The translations under genes were made by a program, and so were the position numbers. This document shows positions 53,986 through 56,293 of a stretch of 56,293 nt of DNA, one piece after another; within the stretch, counting starts at the first letter, position 1; each line of letters starts with the position of its first letter. The notes beneath the pieces are model-generated. The model was not told where the DNA came from. It made no database searches and was given only the letters and a program-made list of their open reading frames with translations. The stretch is from Veleropilina oligotropha. Lineage: Eukaryota. Where the stretch lies: the NCBI GenBank assembly GCA_048128005.1, contig JBEUKZ010000123.1:434001-490293 (forward strand), read 5' to 3'.

Positions 53986-54374
53986 ATCATAATAATTTAT
54001 TTCTTAATAGCGCATTATACATTATGAATGCCTCAATGCTCTTTACACTAAGAATATAACAGTAAAAGACTTGCTACCTAAGTTATAAATTGGATAAAAA
54101 GAATAAAGGGTGATTTTAAGAATCAACTATTAAAAGCATATATAAAGGTAAACATGAAAATAAAACAAGTAGATACTATTAAGAGCATATAAAAAGTTAA
54201 AAAAGAATATAAAGCAAGTAATTATACTGTTCTAATCTAGGACATGAATAAATGCGTTTTTAGTCTAGATTGAAATGTTTGAATTGTGTCCGCATTTTTT
54301 ACATTTGCTGATAGTTCATTCCATAGCTTTGGTGCCGCTGATGAAAATGCTCGGTTTCCATATGATATTGTGTG
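53986..54374 (-). mobile_element. L2-type LINE 3' end
   Basis: YGNRAFSSAAPKLWNEL...FQSRLKTHLF* (stop 54237-54239), followed by the GTAAAGAGCATTGAG..GCGCTAT tail. Confidence 0.8.
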
Positions 54375-54643
54375 GTATCGAGTGCCGACTCGGAAATCAC
54401 ATACTAACTTTACAAGAGTGGGTTGGAATATCGGTTGGGGTATGACATTCTTTGCTCAGTTATTCATCCACGTTGTCCGTAACTGGCTGGAGATGGTGGG
54501 TTTCCCCCGGCGAACAATCCCCCACCACCCACCCCGATAATATGGACATGTCCTGGTTTGAACATGAATGTTTTAAACATACAGGATGTTAAGCATCGAT
54601 CCAATCCAGTGTATGCATCAGATGTACTAAAAATATATTAATG

Positions 54644-54850
54644 TCATTTTAACTGCGTTGTAGCTGGTTGTTGATTGACTGGAATATGACTTCCATAATA
54701 CACCCCATCTTGCTTAAAGTTCTTATCCTCAGGGCGAGTTATCGCCCATTCTTGTACATCTCCTTTGGCGAAACATAAGTAAAATAGCATTCCAAAGATA
54801 TACATTCCTGCAGTTATGTAAAACACTATCCTCCATTGGCCTCTATTTTG
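54644..54850 (-). CDS. Last coding exon of a second, inverted SLC17/sialin-like paralog
   Basis: QNRGQWRIVFYITAGMYIFGMLFYLCFAKGDVQEWA...; 207 nt, CAG acceptor at 54853-54851; flanks homologous to ~39741-40310. Confidence 0.9.
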   Translation of the reverse strand, partial: QNRGQWRIVFYITAGMYIFGMLFYLCFAKGDVQEWAITRPEDKNFKQDGVYYGSHIPVNQQPATTQLK

Positions 54851-55790
54851 CTGAAAGCAGAAAATATTAAGTTCAGAGAGTCTTATTATGATTAGCCTTT
54901 TATAGAAATGAAGCACATTTTATTAAATTATGTCCATTCTTGTTTGTAATCACGTTATCTAATGTATAGGTCGCCCCGATAGTCGTGTGGGATCGAGTGC
55001 AGACTTATTCTAATGCTTAAAACTAATTAGAAGGCGTATGCCCTGTATTATATGTGTCGGTCAGATCGAAGTGAGATCCTAAACCGGGTGTCCCGACTGT
55101 GATAAGGCTGAAAAATTGTCAAAAGGTGGTCGTAATTATAATTTAACCAACCAATCAAACATTGGGCCATGTAAAGAAATAGATGAATGCGTGTTAACTT
55201 CTCTTTTCCATTTTTCGAGAGATGTGACAGTTGCGGAAAAGATTGAGTGAAAACACTATTTGGTCGAAGTTTATTAGATGTATCGAAATCCAAATTTATG
55301 CGTTGCCTCATTATCGTGATTTTTTTGCGTAAAGTTACATTAACCTTTGACAAACAGTTAATCAAATATAAGGTTCAATTTGTCCAATCATCTCTGGCGC
55401 TCTCTTGGCAAAAGCGCTAAAAGCAACAGAACACATAATAGTCAGGTAGAACTTCAAGTTAACCGTAAAGTAGGGTACTAATGCAATTTTATTGTTTTAA
55501 ATGGTAGGTAGACATGCATAGATGAAAAATCAGACGGGTGCCACGCTGGCACTGTTGAGCAATTTTTTTATTGACGTCAATACCCACCCCCCGAATCGTA
55601 AAATTTGTGATTAGGTCAAACCACTAAATAACTACATATGTATCATGTGTGCTGTCATATGATAGATAATTAAATGTACATCATGAAAATAATGTTATTA
55701 CATAATTATTTTATTGTAGAATAAATATTAAATTAAATGACGTAATTAGACACGCCCCTTTTCTTACATAAATATGTCAAAATAACACAC

Positions 55791-56135
<345 letters not shown>

Positions 56136-56293
56136 TACTGAGTCAAAAAAGAAACTTCACATTCTTTCTTCTGGGCACTAAAAAAGAACAAGAGATGGTA
56201 AAATGGTTAAATTGTTATTATTTCATTGCTGAGATGTGTGTGATGTACTCGATACACTGACAGTGCCACAATCAGTTCCATTAGGCTACACCG

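Overview
AT-rich metazoan (invertebrate) genomic DNA, not prokaryotic. Bases 1 to ~6272 are the right-hand part of a visibly GC-rich, intron-less, apparently intact Polinton/Tlr1-like integrated element. It carries a DDE (rve) integrase convergent with a ~1342-aa polyprotein whose motifs read HeH - putative OTU-like protease - B-family polymerase core - SF1 helicase - HNH. It also has a small Zn-finger ORF and iteron/hairpin repeats near a candidate ...CAACT end. About 300 bp downstream begins an 11-exon SLC17 (sialin-like) transporter gene (6581-40092, predicted 498 aa). The last exon of an inverted paralog lies at 54644-54850. Introns and intergenic DNA are filled with transposon relics: three TAY..RTA (IS3EU-like) elements, a decayed Academ-like transposase, a 3'-truncated LINE with in-frame ORF1-TAG-ORF2, a Penelope fragment with a minimal hammerhead ribozyme, tRNA-derived SINEs, Helentron/HINE-like repeats, minisatellites and (TA)n tracts. 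All family assignments come from motif recognition by eye; no searches were run.
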